Shown: positions 1 to 9,231 of the stretch, piece after piece
How positions within the stretch are numbered: position 1 is the stretch's first letter
Layout of the letters: each line of letters begins with the position of its first letter
The notes under the pieces: generated by a model
What the model saw: only the letters and a program-made list of their open reading frames with translations
Database searches by the model: none
What the model was told of the DNA's origin: nothing
Made by a program: the position numbers and the translations under genes
From: Dehalococcoidia bacterium
GTDB taxonomy: Bacteria > Chloroflexota > Dehalococcoidia > Lucifugimonadales > UBA3495
Assembly (NCBI GenBank): GCA_965242615.1
Contig: CBDESR010000005.1
Span: forward strand, 1,300,768 to 1,364,767
Length of the DNA stretch: 64,000 bases
Direction: 5' to 3'

Positions 1-2048
1 CTGTTGATGGACAGGACATACATCTCGCCGGCGGCGTCCGTGGCAAAGGAAACAATCGGCACCGGTAACTTTCCCACCGTCCGCCGCTGCCAGCCGCTTG
101 CGGCGTCTCCGGACAAGGCCAAAATGCGGCCGCTGCAATAGTCGCCAAAAAGATAGTCCCCGGCCAGTTGCGGCAATGCCGCGCCGTGATACTGCCCGCC
201 CCAAATGATGGCGCAGCCCACATCACGACCATAGGTAGTTACCGGCAGCGTGGCATCAGTCAAAGCGGCGCATTGCGGCGCGGCGGCGTGGCACTGGTCG
301 CCCTCAAACACCGGCCAACCCATATTGGCGCCGGCCGCTACAATGGAAACTTCCTCGACCTTATGCAGGCCCACATCGCCGACCCACAGCCGCCCGTCAG
401 CGTCAAAGGACATCCGCCAGGGATTCCGCAAACCGTAAGCCCAGATCTCCCCGCGAGCTTCCGGCATTGCCAGCAGGGGGTTGTCCTCAGGAATGCGATA
501 GGGTCGCTCCGGCGTGGCGAAACGCACATCAATGCGGATTATTTTGCCGTGCAGACTGCTCAGCCTTTGGGCGTCCTCGTGGAACAGATTGATGCCTAGC
601 CCCAGATACAACATCCCGTCCGGGCCGAACCTGATCGCGCCGCCGTGGACAAATAGGGTAGGCATCGGCACTTCCAGCAGTACCAGTTCCGCCGCCCGGT
701 CCGCATAGCCGTCGACCACCGGGAAACGGGACAAGCGGATGTTCTTGCGGTCATCCGGCACATTGTAATAGACATAGAGGAAAGGGAAACGGTCAAAATC
801 CGGGTCGAGGGCGGCGCTGAGCATACCCTTTTCACCGTCGCAGCAATCGGTCTGGTCCGTCAAATCGAGGATTGGCGGCGTTGCCCCCTGCGCGCAAAAG
901 AAGTCCGGGGTCGGGTTGCAGCGCATGATATAGCCATCCCGCTCGACCACCGCCAAGCCGCCCGCCGGCCAGGGAATTAACTCGACCGGCCGCCGGATCC
1001 TTCTGCCTAACCCCTCGGCTCGCGATAATTCGGCTGGCTGGACCACCGGCGTCGGCAAACCGGAGCTGTAGCTCCAACATTCCGGGTAGCCGTCCGCCCG
1101 CAGCCCGCAGGTATCAGACCAGCCGGCGCTAATGGCCGTGAACTGCCCGGCCGGCGCCCTTAACCCCGCGCTCAGTCCATTGCCCCAACACTTCACCCGC
1201 CCGTCCGTCCTGATTCCGCACCCGTGATTTTCCCCGGCGGCGATTTGGGTGAAAGTTCCGGCGGGCGGGCGAGCTTGCTCCGGGGACTTGTCGCCTTGGC
1301 AGACGGTGACCCCATCTTGCCGCAAGGCGCAGGTAGTGTGTACGCCCAAAGCCAGGGCTTGGAAATTGCCGCTGAGCAAATTAGCCTGCCCATATCGATT
1401 GCTCCCCCAGCAGCGCAAGCCGCCGCCGGCGGTCAATCCGCAGCTATGGCCGCCGCCGGCGGCGATGGCGGTAAAGGTTACGCCCGGCGGCGGCGTGGCG
1501 CGCCCGTATTTTTCCCAGCCCCAACATTGAGCGCGTCCGTCAACGCGCAAGGCGCAACTGTGCTGCTTCCCGGCGTCCACCATCGTAAATTGTCCCGGCG
1601 GGGGAATAGCTTTGTTATGTAAGTTCTCGCCCCAACAATAAAGGCTGCCGTCAACTTTCAGACCGCAGGCAAAGGACAGCCCCACGGTTATCTGCGTGAA
1701 TCTCTCCCCCTCCGGAGCGTCCTTCAGGTCATAAACATTATCATCCCCCCAGCAAACCGCCTTGCCGTCGGCTTGCAAGCCGCAGGTATGATATTTGCCG
1801 ACCGCTACCTGTACCAGCGGGACGAAATCCGGCGGAGGGGTAGCCGCCGGATTTGCTGACGGGACGCCGGGCGCCGTTGACGGCGTTGCTGGGGTGGTAG
1901 AACAAGCGGCGGTCAACAGCAGGAGCAGGAACAGAGCCGCCAAGCCAATAGGAAATAGCCGGCTTTGGCGCGGCGGGCGCGCAACAGCATATTCAGCAGT
2001 CGACTGTTGCCGCCCCGGACGCTGACGGTAGTAATGAAAACGGGGCAT
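1..2048 (-). CDS. Lipoprotein with RCC1-like repeats fused to a PQQ-dependent sugar (glucose/sorbosone) dehydrogenase propeller; 3' end lies outside the window
   Basis: Absent from the ORF track because no stop lies in the window. Manual minus-strand translation from ATG 2048..2046 gives MPRFHYYRQRPGRQQ...LFLLLLLTAAC (lipobox). Repeats follow, such as KYHTCGLQADGKAVCWGDD, FACGLKVDGSLYCWGEN and HSCALRVDGRAQCWGW. Then come HGGAIRFGPDGMLYLGLG, GKIIRID, EIWAYGLRNPWRMSFD, LWVGDVG..EEV and GANMGWP. Confidence 0.8.
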   Translation of the reverse strand, partial: MPRFHYYRQRPGRQQSTAEYAVARPPRQSRLFPIGLAALFLLLLLTAACSTTPATPSTAPGVPSANPAATPPPDFVPLVQVAVGKYHTCGLQADGKAVCWGDDNVYDLKDAPEGERFTQITVGLSFACGLKVDGSLYCWGENLHNKAIPPPGQFTMVDAGKQHSCALRVDGRAQCWGWEKYGRATPPPGVTFTAIAAGGGHSCGLTAGGGLRCWGSNRYGQANLLSGNFQALALGVHTTCALRQDGVTVCQGDKSPEQARPPAGTFTQIAAGENHGCGIRTDGRVKCWGNGLSAGLRAPAGQFTAISAGWSDTCGLRADGYPECWSYSSGLPTPVVQPAELSRAEGLGRRIRRPVELIPWPAGGLAVVERDGYIMRCNPTPDFFCAQGATPPILDLTDQTDCCDGEKGMLSAALDPDFDRFPFLYVYYNVPDDRKNIRLSRFPVVDGYADRAAELVLLEVPMPTLFVHGGAIRFGPDGMLYLGLGINLFHEDAQRLSSLHGKIIRIDVRFATPERPYRIPEDNPLLAMPEARGEIWAYGLRNPWRMSFDADGRLWVGDVGLHKVEEVSIVAAGANMGWPVFEGDQCHAAAPQCAALTDATLPVTTYGRDVGCAIIWGGQYHGAALPQLAGDYLFGDYCSGRILALSGDAASGWQRRTVGKLPVPIVSFATDAAGEMYVLSIN

Positions 2049-2825
2049 AAGTCAGCGCAGCAACGCGGCTAAACCGGGCCGGTCAAGCTGGCAATCACCG
2101 TGTCCAGCCGGGCGGCGGCCTGGGCCGTTACCGCCGCCGGTCAGCCGCCGTGGGGATTTAGTATTCCAGAGAAAGCCGACAGCTCGGCCGCGCCGGTAGA
2201 GCCGCCGCGCCACCCTAGCCCGCCCCAGTTCCCGCGGCCGGGCAGTGGGGTTAAGGACGGTGATCTGGCTCGGGGTTGCGGATGGCATTTCGTCAACTCT
2301 TGCTGGATGGCAAGGGGTATGCTATAGAGGCGCAACGGGAATTATAGGGCTAAACCAAACCAATGGCAAGGCAGAGCAACGGCCAGAATGATTGCCTTGG
2401 AAAGCGCCGGGGTTCCGGACCGGTCAACCCAAACGACGTCGGACTAAACCAGTTCAGAATTGGGGCGGCAAGTTGCCGCCGGAGGGCTTGCCGGGCGGCC
2501 AAGGCGAAGGCTCAACCGGCCACGGCCACGCCAGATATAAGACTTTGTCGTTCTTGGATGAGGTAACTTGGGGCGCGCCGCCGAAGTTACTGGTTTCCTC
2601 CGGCGATATGACCGGAACGACTTGCGCGTCGGGCTCGTCCGCCGCTGTCCTGAGGTTCTCCTTGTTCCAGTGTCCGCTACGACATCGTATCATATACCGT
2701 ATCCAACTCCCGGCAGGGTTTTTTTTAAGGGAGTTATATGCCTGTTCACACAGCCTATCTGGAAACCGCCGGCAATCGGAACGCATCCCTAGCCAATGCG
2801 CAAACAAGTATATAATTCCCTTTCC

Positions 2826-2854
2826 TTGACACTTATGCGGGTTGATTGTATGCT
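2826..2854 (+). promoter_or_regulatory. Putative sigma70-type promoter for the MaoC/SDR cluster
   Basis: TTGACA (2826-2831), 17-nt spacer, TATGCT (2849-2854), about 35 nt upstream of the GTG start at 2888. Confidence 0.3.
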
Positions 2855-2887
2855 TTTGCCGTTCAGTCAAGGGGGAGGTTTTTTGTT

Positions 2888-3346
2888 GTGTCCAGTCAGG
2901 AAGCTTTGATTAGCGAGGAGATGCGGCGGCAGGCTATCGGGTTGGAAGGGGCGCCGGCGGTTATGGAAGTGGAAAAAGGCCACATCCTGCGCTTTGCCGA
3001 GGCGATTGGCGACCCTAATATCCAGTGGACGGAGGAGGCAACCGCGCGTAAGGGCCGCTACGGGGGGATTACGGCGCCGCCGACTTTTTTGCGGGCAATG
3101 CGGGGGGCAACGGTGGATTTGCCCTTTGAGTTGTCCTTCAGCCGGCGGTTGGACGCCGGCAGCGATTGGGAGTATTTTCAACCGGTACGGCCGGGAGACC
3201 GGATTACGGCGGTGGCGCGGATTGCCGATTTGACGGAGCGGAGCGGCCGGTTAGGGCGGATGGTTTTTATGACGACGGTGACTACTTACCGCAATCAGTT
3301 TGAGGAAGTGGTGGCGACGCAGACCAATACGCTGATTGCCTACTAA
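2888..3346 (+). CDS. MaoC/FAS1-like dehydratase N-terminal-type hotdog subunit
   Basis: ORF 2846..3346. I prefer the in-frame GTG at 2888, preceded by the GGGGGAGG RBS (2871-2878). Hotdog-fold-like sequence (ILRFAEAIGDPN, GGITAPPTF) paired with the next gene. Confidence 0.75.
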   Translation: MSSQEALISEEMRRQAIGLEGAPAVMEVEKGHILRFAEAIGDPNIQWTEEATARKGRYGGITAPPTFLRAMRGATVDLPFELSFSRRLDAGSDWEYFQPVRPGDRITAVARIADLTERSGRLGRMVFMTTVTTYRNQFEEVVATQTNTLIAY

Positions 3347-3368
3347 TTCCGAAGCGGGAGGGGGGTAT

Positions 3369-3803
3369 ATGGCCGAGCAAGTTTATTGGGAGGATGTGGC
3401 CGAGGGTATGGAACTGCCCGCCTTGGTCAAGGAGACGACGACGCGGCAGCTGGTGCAGTATGCCGGGGCGTCGGGGGATTTTTACGAAATCCACTACGAT
3501 AAGGACTTTGCCATCGGCAATCAGCTGGACGGCCCCATCCTGCACGGGGCGTTGAAAAGTGCCTTTCTGGGGCAGCTGGTGACCGATTGGATGGGGCCGT
3601 TGGGGACGCTGAAACGGCTGCAATGCCAGTATCGGGGGATGGATGCGCCGGGGCAACCGATTACGGTTAAGGGGAGCGTGACCCGGAAGTATGCGGCGGA
3701 TGGGGAGTATCTGGTGGAGTGCGAGCTGCGGTTGGAGAATGCCCAAGGGCAGAATACTACGCCGGGGACGGCGACGGTGGCGCTGCCGAGCCGGGGCGGG
3801 TAG
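3369..3803 (+). CDS. MaoC-like (R)-specific enoyl-CoA hydratase/dehydratase subunit
   Basis: ORF 3336..3803 with ATG 3369 after the GGGAGGGGGG RBS. Motifs YAGASGDFYEIHYD and ILHGAL are typical of the MaoC hydratase motif region. Confidence 0.8.
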   Translation: MAEQVYWEDVAEGMELPALVKETTTRQLVQYAGASGDFYEIHYDKDFAIGNQLDGPILHGALKSAFLGQLVTDWMGPLGTLKRLQCQYRGMDAPGQPITVKGSVTRKYAADGEYLVECELRLENAQGQNTTPGTATVALPSRGG

Positions 3804-3934
3804 AGGGGCTTTTACGCTATCCCCGGTCATCCCCGGCATCGCAGGGCGGTCGGGATGGCATAGCGGGGTGACTTCCGTTCTTTGCTTTTAAGGAAATTAC
3901 GCCAACTAAACCAGAAATCGAGGTTAGAACTGAT

Positions 3935-4855
3935 ATGGCAGAGATACTGCAAGACAAGGTAGCCATTGTGACCGGGGCCGGGCGCGGCGTGGGTCGGGGG
4001 GTTGCTATGCTGATGGCGGCCGAGGGGGCCAAGGTAGTCGTGGTGGACCCGGGGGTGAATGTGGACGGGAGCGGCTTTGACCAGTCCATCGCCGAGGAGA
4101 TGGTGGGGGAAATCCGGCAGGCGGGCGGTACGGCCGTGGCTTGTATGGAGTCGGTGGCGACGATGGCGGGCGGGGAGAAAATCGTCCAGACGGCCATTGA
4201 CGCCTATGGCAAGCTGGACATCGTCGTTACCTGCGCCGGCATCCTGCGGGATCGGATGATTTTCAATATGACGGAGCAGGAGTGGGATGATGTGATTGCC
4301 GTCCACCTGAAGGGGACTTTCAGCGTGGTCAAGAACGCCTGCATCCTGTTTCGGCAGCAGCGTTCCGGGCGCATCATCACTTTCAGCAGCCAGTCGGGGT
4401 TGCAGGGCAATTCGGGGCAAGCCAACTATGGGGCGGCCAAGTCGGGCATCGCCGGGTTCACCAAGGTGGTGGCGCGGGATATGGGGCGCTATGGGGTCAC
4501 GGCTAATGCCATTGCGCCGCGGGCAACGACCCGGATGATTGGGGCGATACCGGACAGCGCGGCGGAAATTCGGGCGCGCGGCGGGGTGCAAGGTCTGGAC
4601 CAGGGGGATGAGCCGGAGACGATGAACCCGGATGACATTGCGCCCTTTGTCTGCTATCTGGCGAGCGACTATGCGGCCAATGTGAACGGGCAGACTTTCC
4701 TAGTCTATGCCAGTGAAATATCGTTGATGTCGCAGCCGCGGCCGCAGCGTTCCATCTATAACCCGGAAGGGCATTGGAGTATGGCGGCGATTGCGCCGCA
4801 AGCCCGGAATCATTTGACCCGGAACATTTATAACCCGGCGCCGCCGCGGGGGTAG
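3935..4855 (+). CDS. SDR-family NAD(P)-dependent oxidoreductase (hydroxyacyl-CoA dehydrogenase-like)
   Basis: TGAGRGVG glycine-rich loop; catalytic S...YGAAK (NYGAAKSG); 306 aa. Confidence 0.9.
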   Translation: MAEILQDKVAIVTGAGRGVGRGVAMLMAAEGAKVVVVDPGVNVDGSGFDQSIAEEMVGEIRQAGGTAVACMESVATMAGGEKIVQTAIDAYGKLDIVVTCAGILRDRMIFNMTEQEWDDVIAVHLKGTFSVVKNACILFRQQRSGRIITFSSQSGLQGNSGQANYGAAKSGIAGFTKVVARDMGRYGVTANAIAPRATTRMIGAIPDSAAEIRARGGVQGLDQGDEPETMNPDDIAPFVCYLASDYAANVNGQTFLVYASEISLMSQPRPQRSIYNPEGHWSMAAIAPQARNHLTRNIYNPAPPRG

Positions 4856-4893
4856 CGCGGCGGCGGGACGCCGGGAAAAGGGCAGGCAAAGCG

Positions 4894-5625
4894 ATGGCAA
4901 CCAAGGCGACATTGGAACGGGCGCAGGAGGCGGAGGAACTGCTGCACGCGGCGGAGGTGGACTTGGCGGCCGGCCGGGAGCAGCCGGGCGCGCTGAAGGC
5001 GTGGGATGCCGCGGTTATTGCAGTGAAGGCAGTAGCGGAGCCGCGGGGGTGGGATTGCGACGGCTGGGGGGAAATTAACGCTGCCGTCAAGAAGTTGGAA
5101 AAGGAGAGCGGCGTTAAGGGTTTGACCAGCGGGTTCGGCACGGCGGATGCGCTGCGCACCCAAGGGGAGTACGGCCTTATGTACGAGGGGGATGGCGTGG
5201 AGGTCGATTTTCCGCGGGTGCAACAGTTCGTGGTGCAGATGCTGGATTTGGCGGCTCCTGACCGGCCAAAGAAAGTTGTTCCGGAGAAAGCCCGATTGGC
5301 CCGGGAGTTGCTGGAGAATGTCCATTACGATTTTGGAGAGGGCAAGGGGGAAAAGGGTTCGGAAAATATGTGGCAGGCGGTATCCGGCGCGCTGCAAGCG
5401 GTAGCTGAGGAACGGCGTTGGCGGTGTGGTACTGTGGCGGAAATGCGGGAAGTTGCGGCGGCCTTGGCCCGGGAAACCGGGGACTGCCGGTTCATTGGCG
5501 GGTTTGCGGTGGCAGAAACCTACTTTGCCAACTTTGCCCGGGAGTTTTTCTCTGACGAACATGATGATTACGCCCGACCGCTGGTGCGACGGTTCGTCAT
5601 CCGGGTACTGCACCGGCTATCCTGA
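4894..5625 (+). CDS. Hypothetical protein with two PaREP1-like helical repeats
   Basis: Two internal copies of the pattern A.E.L..A...L..G....A.KAW.A...A.KA.A (ALKAWDAAVIAVKAVAE and SENMWQAVSGALQAVAE). The family assignment is from memory of the PaREP1 pattern. Confidence 0.5.
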   Translation: MATKATLERAQEAEELLHAAEVDLAAGREQPGALKAWDAAVIAVKAVAEPRGWDCDGWGEINAAVKKLEKESGVKGLTSGFGTADALRTQGEYGLMYEGDGVEVDFPRVQQFVVQMLDLAAPDRPKKVVPEKARLARELLENVHYDFGEGKGEKGSENMWQAVSGALQAVAEERRWRCGTVAEMREVAAALARETGDCRFIGGFAVAETYFANFAREFFSDEHDDYARPLVRRFVIRVLHRLS

Positions 5626-5639
5626 CCAAGAGAGGTTAG

Positions 5640-5996
5640 ACCATCGAACCGGAGGAACACATAACGACGGCCCGGCTTTTTCTGGAGGAATCCGACCGGG
5701 AATTTGCGACCGGGGATAAACTGCAAGGCTCGGAAAAGCTGTGGGGGGCGGCGGCGCATATCATTATTGCCATCGCTCAACGGGAGGGACGCCGTTACAA
5801 CAAGCATCCGCATTTGGAAGAGGCAGTACTGAGGCTAAGTCGAAATCCCGGCAATGGGGTTTCGGTGCAGGACTTCAAAATCGCTGAGCGGCTCCATGTC
5901 TATTTCTATCACGCTCAGTTGTCCGACACTGAACTGATGGACTACCGCCGGCAAGTGCAGTCTTTCGTGAACCGGTTGTTGCAAATCGCAACCTGA
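5640..5996 (+). CDS. PaREP1-like protein; open frame lacks a canonical start until 5814
   Basis: The frame is open from 5640 (after TAG 5637-5639): TIEPEEHITTARLFLEESDREFATGDKLQGSEKLWGAAAHIIIAIAQREG...LHVYFYHAQL. The homology starts far upstream of the first TTG (5814). AGAGAGG lies at about 5629-5635. Confidence 0.4.
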   Translation, partial: TIEPEEHITTARLFLEESDREFATGDKLQGSEKLWGAAAHIIIAIAQREGRRYNKHPHLEEAVLRLSRNPGNGVSVQDFKIAERLHVYFYHAQLSDTELMDYRRQVQSFVNRLLQIAT

Positions 5997-6081
5997 CCGG
6001 GTAAATCCCGGATTGAGCGGCCTAAAACCAGCCAATCCCGTAACCCAAACCTAAACTTAACTCCAGAGAGGGAGCGCAGCA

Positions 6082-7002
6082 ATGCCCGATTTGTTGAAGG
6101 ATAAGGTAGCAATCGTAACCGGCTCTGGCCGCGGTGTCGGCAAGGGGGTGGCTTTGCAAATGGCCGCTGAGGGGGCCAAGGTGGTCGTGGTCGACCCCGG
6201 GGTGAACCTGGATGGCAGCGGGGCGGACCAGTCCGTGGCCCAGGAGGTGGTCGAGGAAATCAAGGCGGCCGGGGGGGGCGGGACGGCGTGTATGGAGTCG
6301 GTGGCGACGATGGCGGGCGGGGAGAAAATCGTGCAGACGGCCATTGACGCTTACGGCCAGCTGGACATTGTGGTTACTTGCGCCGGCATTTTGCGGGATC
6401 GGATGATTTTCAATATGTCGGAACAGGAGTGGGATGATGTGATTGCGGTTCACCTGAAGGGGACGTTCAGCGTGGTCAAGAACGCCTGCATCCTGTTTCG
6501 GCAGCAGCGTTCCGGGCGGGTCATCACTTTCAGCTCGACTTCCGGGCTGTATGGCAATTCGGGGCAAGCCAACTACGGGGCGGCCAAGGATGGCATTGCC
6601 GGCTTTACCCGGGTAGTGGCGCGGGATATGGGGCGTTACGGGGTGACGGCTAATTCCATTGCGCCCAGCGCGTCGACGCGGATGATTGGCAGCGTGCCGG
6701 AGGAAGCGCGGGATTTACGGGCAGCCCGGGGGATGACCGGCGGCAATGTGGGGGAATTGCGCGGTCAGCCGGAGGATATTGCGCCCTTTGTTACCTGGCT
6801 GGCTTCCGACGAGGCGGCGTCGGTGAACGGGCATATCTTTTATGTTACCGCCGGGTTGGTAAGCCTGCTGAATGAGCCGGAGCCGGTGCGGACGATGCAT
6901 AAGGAAGGGCGGTGGACGATTGAGGAAATCATCCGGGTGTTTCCGGCGACTTTAGGGGTGGAACTGCATAACCCGGCGCCGGCGCCCCCGCCGGCGGGTT
7001 AG
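6082..7002 (+). CDS. SDR-family oxidoreductase, paralog of 3935..4855
   Basis: Same length (306 aa), roughly 75% aa identity by eye. The central section is near-identical at the DNA level. Confidence 0.9.
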   Translation: MPDLLKDKVAIVTGSGRGVGKGVALQMAAEGAKVVVVDPGVNLDGSGADQSVAQEVVEEIKAAGGGGTACMESVATMAGGEKIVQTAIDAYGQLDIVVTCAGILRDRMIFNMSEQEWDDVIAVHLKGTFSVVKNACILFRQQRSGRVITFSSTSGLYGNSGQANYGAAKDGIAGFTRVVARDMGRYGVTANSIAPSASTRMIGSVPEEARDLRAARGMTGGNVGELRGQPEDIAPFVTWLASDEAASVNGHIFYVTAGLVSLLNEPEPVRTMHKEGRWTIEEIIRVFPATLGVELHNPAPAPPPAG

Positions 7003-7014
7003 GGTCGGGCAGGA

Positions 7015-7725
7015 ATGGCAACGGTTTTCGGGACGGTCCGAGACCGGCGGCCGGGCAAGTCGCCGCCGGTGGAGTGGCCGTTGCCGTTGAATCAGCGCAA
7101 CCGCTATGACGGCTTGCAGCTGCTGGCGGAAATGGCGGCGGAGTCGGTTCCGCTGTGCATTTTCGACCCGCAGTATCGGGGCATCCTGGACAAGATGCAG
7201 TATGGCAATGAAGGGGTGAGCCGGGGGCGGCGGCGGAGCGGGTTGCCGCAGATGCCGGAGGATACTATCGCCGCCTTTATTGAGGGCATTGGGCGGGTAT
7301 TGACGCCCTCCGGGCATCTGCTGCTGTGGATTGACAAGTTTCACCTGTGTACCGGCATTCAGCTGCGGCCGGAGTTGGAACAGTCGGGCTTGGAAGTGGT
7401 GGATTTGGTGACCTGGAACAAGGGTCGGATGGGGATGGGCTACCGCACCCGGCGTTTCGGCGAACACCTGCTAATCATCCAGAAACAGCCCAAACGGGCC
7501 AAGGGGGTATGGCAACGGCACGACATCCCGGATGTGTGGACGGAATCGGTGCCGCAACAAGCCGGCGTACATCCCAAGCCTGTAAAACTGCAAGCGGCGT
7601 TGATTGAGGCGGTGACGGACCCGGGGGATGTGGTATTAGACCCGGCGGCGGGGAGTTATTCGGTGTTGGCGGCGGCGCAGTTGGCGGGGCGGGAGTTTTT
7701 GGGGTGTGATATATGGTCAGAATAG
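7015..7725 (+). CDS. Beta-class DNA methyltransferase (N6-adenine or N4-cytosine)
   Basis: Motif IV variant IFDPQYRG near the N-terminus and motif I VVLDPAAGSYSVLAAAQLAGREFLGCDI near the C-terminus. This is the permuted beta order seen in PF01555-type enzymes. Confidence 0.8.
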   Translation: MATVFGTVRDRRPGKSPPVEWPLPLNQRNRYDGLQLLAEMAAESVPLCIFDPQYRGILDKMQYGNEGVSRGRRRSGLPQMPEDTIAAFIEGIGRVLTPSGHLLLWIDKFHLCTGIQLRPELEQSGLEVVDLVTWNKGRMGMGYRTRRFGEHLLIIQKQPKRAKGVWQRHDIPDVWTESVPQQAGVHPKPVKLQAALIEAVTDPGDVVLDPAAGSYSVLAAAQLAGREFLGCDIWSE

Positions 7726-8405
7726 ACGCGGGAAAACCCGGCCGCCGGGATGGCGGTTACGCCCGGATGTTTGACGACGCGGAAATTGGGGCGCTCATTT
7801 CCCGTATCCACGCCACCAGCATCCGGGCCGGGAACGAACTGGAGCATATCGTCGAGCGGGAGGCACGAGCGAACCAAACCCGCATAGCTGACCTGGACCG
7901 TTTCTTGGCAAACGGCGTTGACGGCGTGTTTATCGCCGACAAAAAGACCATCAAAGCGGCAAAGCGCATTGACTTCCCCGGCGCGGAACCGGATTATCTC
8001 ATATTCGTGCGCCAAGGAACCCGCCGTCTTTGCTATGTGGTGGAACTGAAAGACGGCGACCAGTTCGACACCAAGAAATCCAGCGGCGAAGTTGACTCGC
8101 TTACCCGGTTCAGCACTACTGTGGGTTCCACTTTGCCCTACGAAACCGCCATCAGGATTTGCTCGTTCAATCAGGACGATAAAGAGGCTATCGTTACCGG
8201 ATTCAAGCGTACTGTCGACAAGAGTCTGGTATGGACGGGCCGGGAGTTTTGCGAATTGCTGGGCTTCGACTATGACGCTATCCTGGAGGAGCGGCGAGCA
8301 GACGCCGCAGCCAATCGCCGGTTTCTGGTGCAGCAATTATTTGATATGCCGGCGGTAAGGGACATATTGCGGGATACCGTACTCGAGCAAATCGAGGGCG
8401 GTTAA
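7713..8405 (+). CDS. Putative type II restriction endonuclease (PD-(D/E)XK)
   Basis: Overlaps the methyltransferase stop by 13 nt. Candidate catalytic motif EPDYLIF...x...VVELKDG. An alternative start is ATG 7770. Confidence 0.55.
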   Translation: MVRIDAGKPGRRDGGYARMFDDAEIGALISRIHATSIRAGNELEHIVEREARANQTRIADLDRFLANGVDGVFIADKKTIKAAKRIDFPGAEPDYLIFVRQGTRRLCYVVELKDGDQFDTKKSSGEVDSLTRFSTTVGSTLPYETAIRICSFNQDDKEAIVTGFKRTVDKSLVWTGREFCELLGFDYDAILEERRADAAANRRFLVQQLFDMPAVRDILRDTVLEQIEGG

Positions 8406-8838
8406 AGCGTAGCTATGATAATTCCAGAGTGTCATCTGGGGTTTCCCTTCATTGAAAACGGTTACTTGGAAACTGTGGGCAGCGACCGCCCGAGGCTTGG
8501 GGGCAGTTTTTACTCATCCCCAAGTGGCCCAGTTTATGGCGCAGGGGGTTGCGACGGTTGGCCGTGCATTTACCGGAACGATGGCGACAAATGACCCTGC
8601 CCCAAAGGGAACCCGGAGTGCCTGATACTACTAACCGGCTGGAGGGACGGTTTTCGGACAGATTAAACCCCGCTATCGGTTGACCCGGGGCTGAAAGCGC
8701 CGCCCGGGGCGGCTAACTTTATGGTGGTGTTGGACGATGTATTGCAATAGACCAGCACAAATTGACCGCCCAACCCGGCCGCCGCCCGGAATGCCAACAC
8801 TTTCTGAAACAGTGCACGGTCCGGGCTGAAAGGGCTGG

Positions 8839-9231
8839 TCAGTAGATAGTCTCTACATAGGGATACTGGCGTATCAGCCGGTCGGAAGTTACTAACGGGC
8901 ATTGGTAGATTCGGGCGGTCGCCACGATAATCTGGTCGGATGGGTCTCGATGGAAACCGCCCGGCAACTGGGTGGACGCTACGGCAATTTCCGGCGTCAA
9001 GTCCAGCAGCTCCACGCCCGGGTAGCGCAATGCGGTATCCATCCATTCGGACACCGGCACGGCAAACTGCAACCGGCCGATCTGCGCCAGTTTGGCAACT
9101 TCCCAACAAGAGATGACGCTGACCCCAATATGCCCGCGCTCGTTGTCGGCAATGGCTCGGATTTGCGCCGAAGTCAGTCGGGTAATATCCAAGGTCCACT
9201 GAACCCAGATATTGGTGTCCAGCATAATCAT
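8839..9231 (-). CDS. vapC: PIN-domain toxin VapC
   Basis: MIMLDTNIWV (D5), CWEV, DPSDQIIVATA and LVTSDRL supply the conserved acidic residues of PIN domains. Confidence 0.85.
   Translation of the reverse strand: MIMLDTNIWVQWTLDITRLTSAQIRAIADNERGHIGVSVISCWEVAKLAQIGRLQFAVPVSEWMDTALRYPGVELLDLTPEIAVASTQLPGGFHRDPSDQIIVATARIYQCPLVTSDRLIRQYPYVETIY

Noticed and set aside
2049-2825. An about 780-bp gap with track ORFs (2392..2829 plus strand, 2454..2870 minus strand) and a hairpin followed by a T-run near 2705-2740; possible ncRNA or small gene.
   Set aside because: The translations are low-complexity with no motif, and I could not fold or recognise any known RNA family by eye. Left unannotated; a cmscan would decide.
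8406-8838. The intergenic stretch downstream of the R-M pair, with a 58-aa plus-strand ORF and a minus-strand tail (..ALFQKVLAFRAAAGLGGQFVLVYCNTSS..) that might be a gene remnant.
   Set aside because: There is no start or RBS, no recognisable family, and the minus-strand reading is only the extension of a shadow ORF through vapC.
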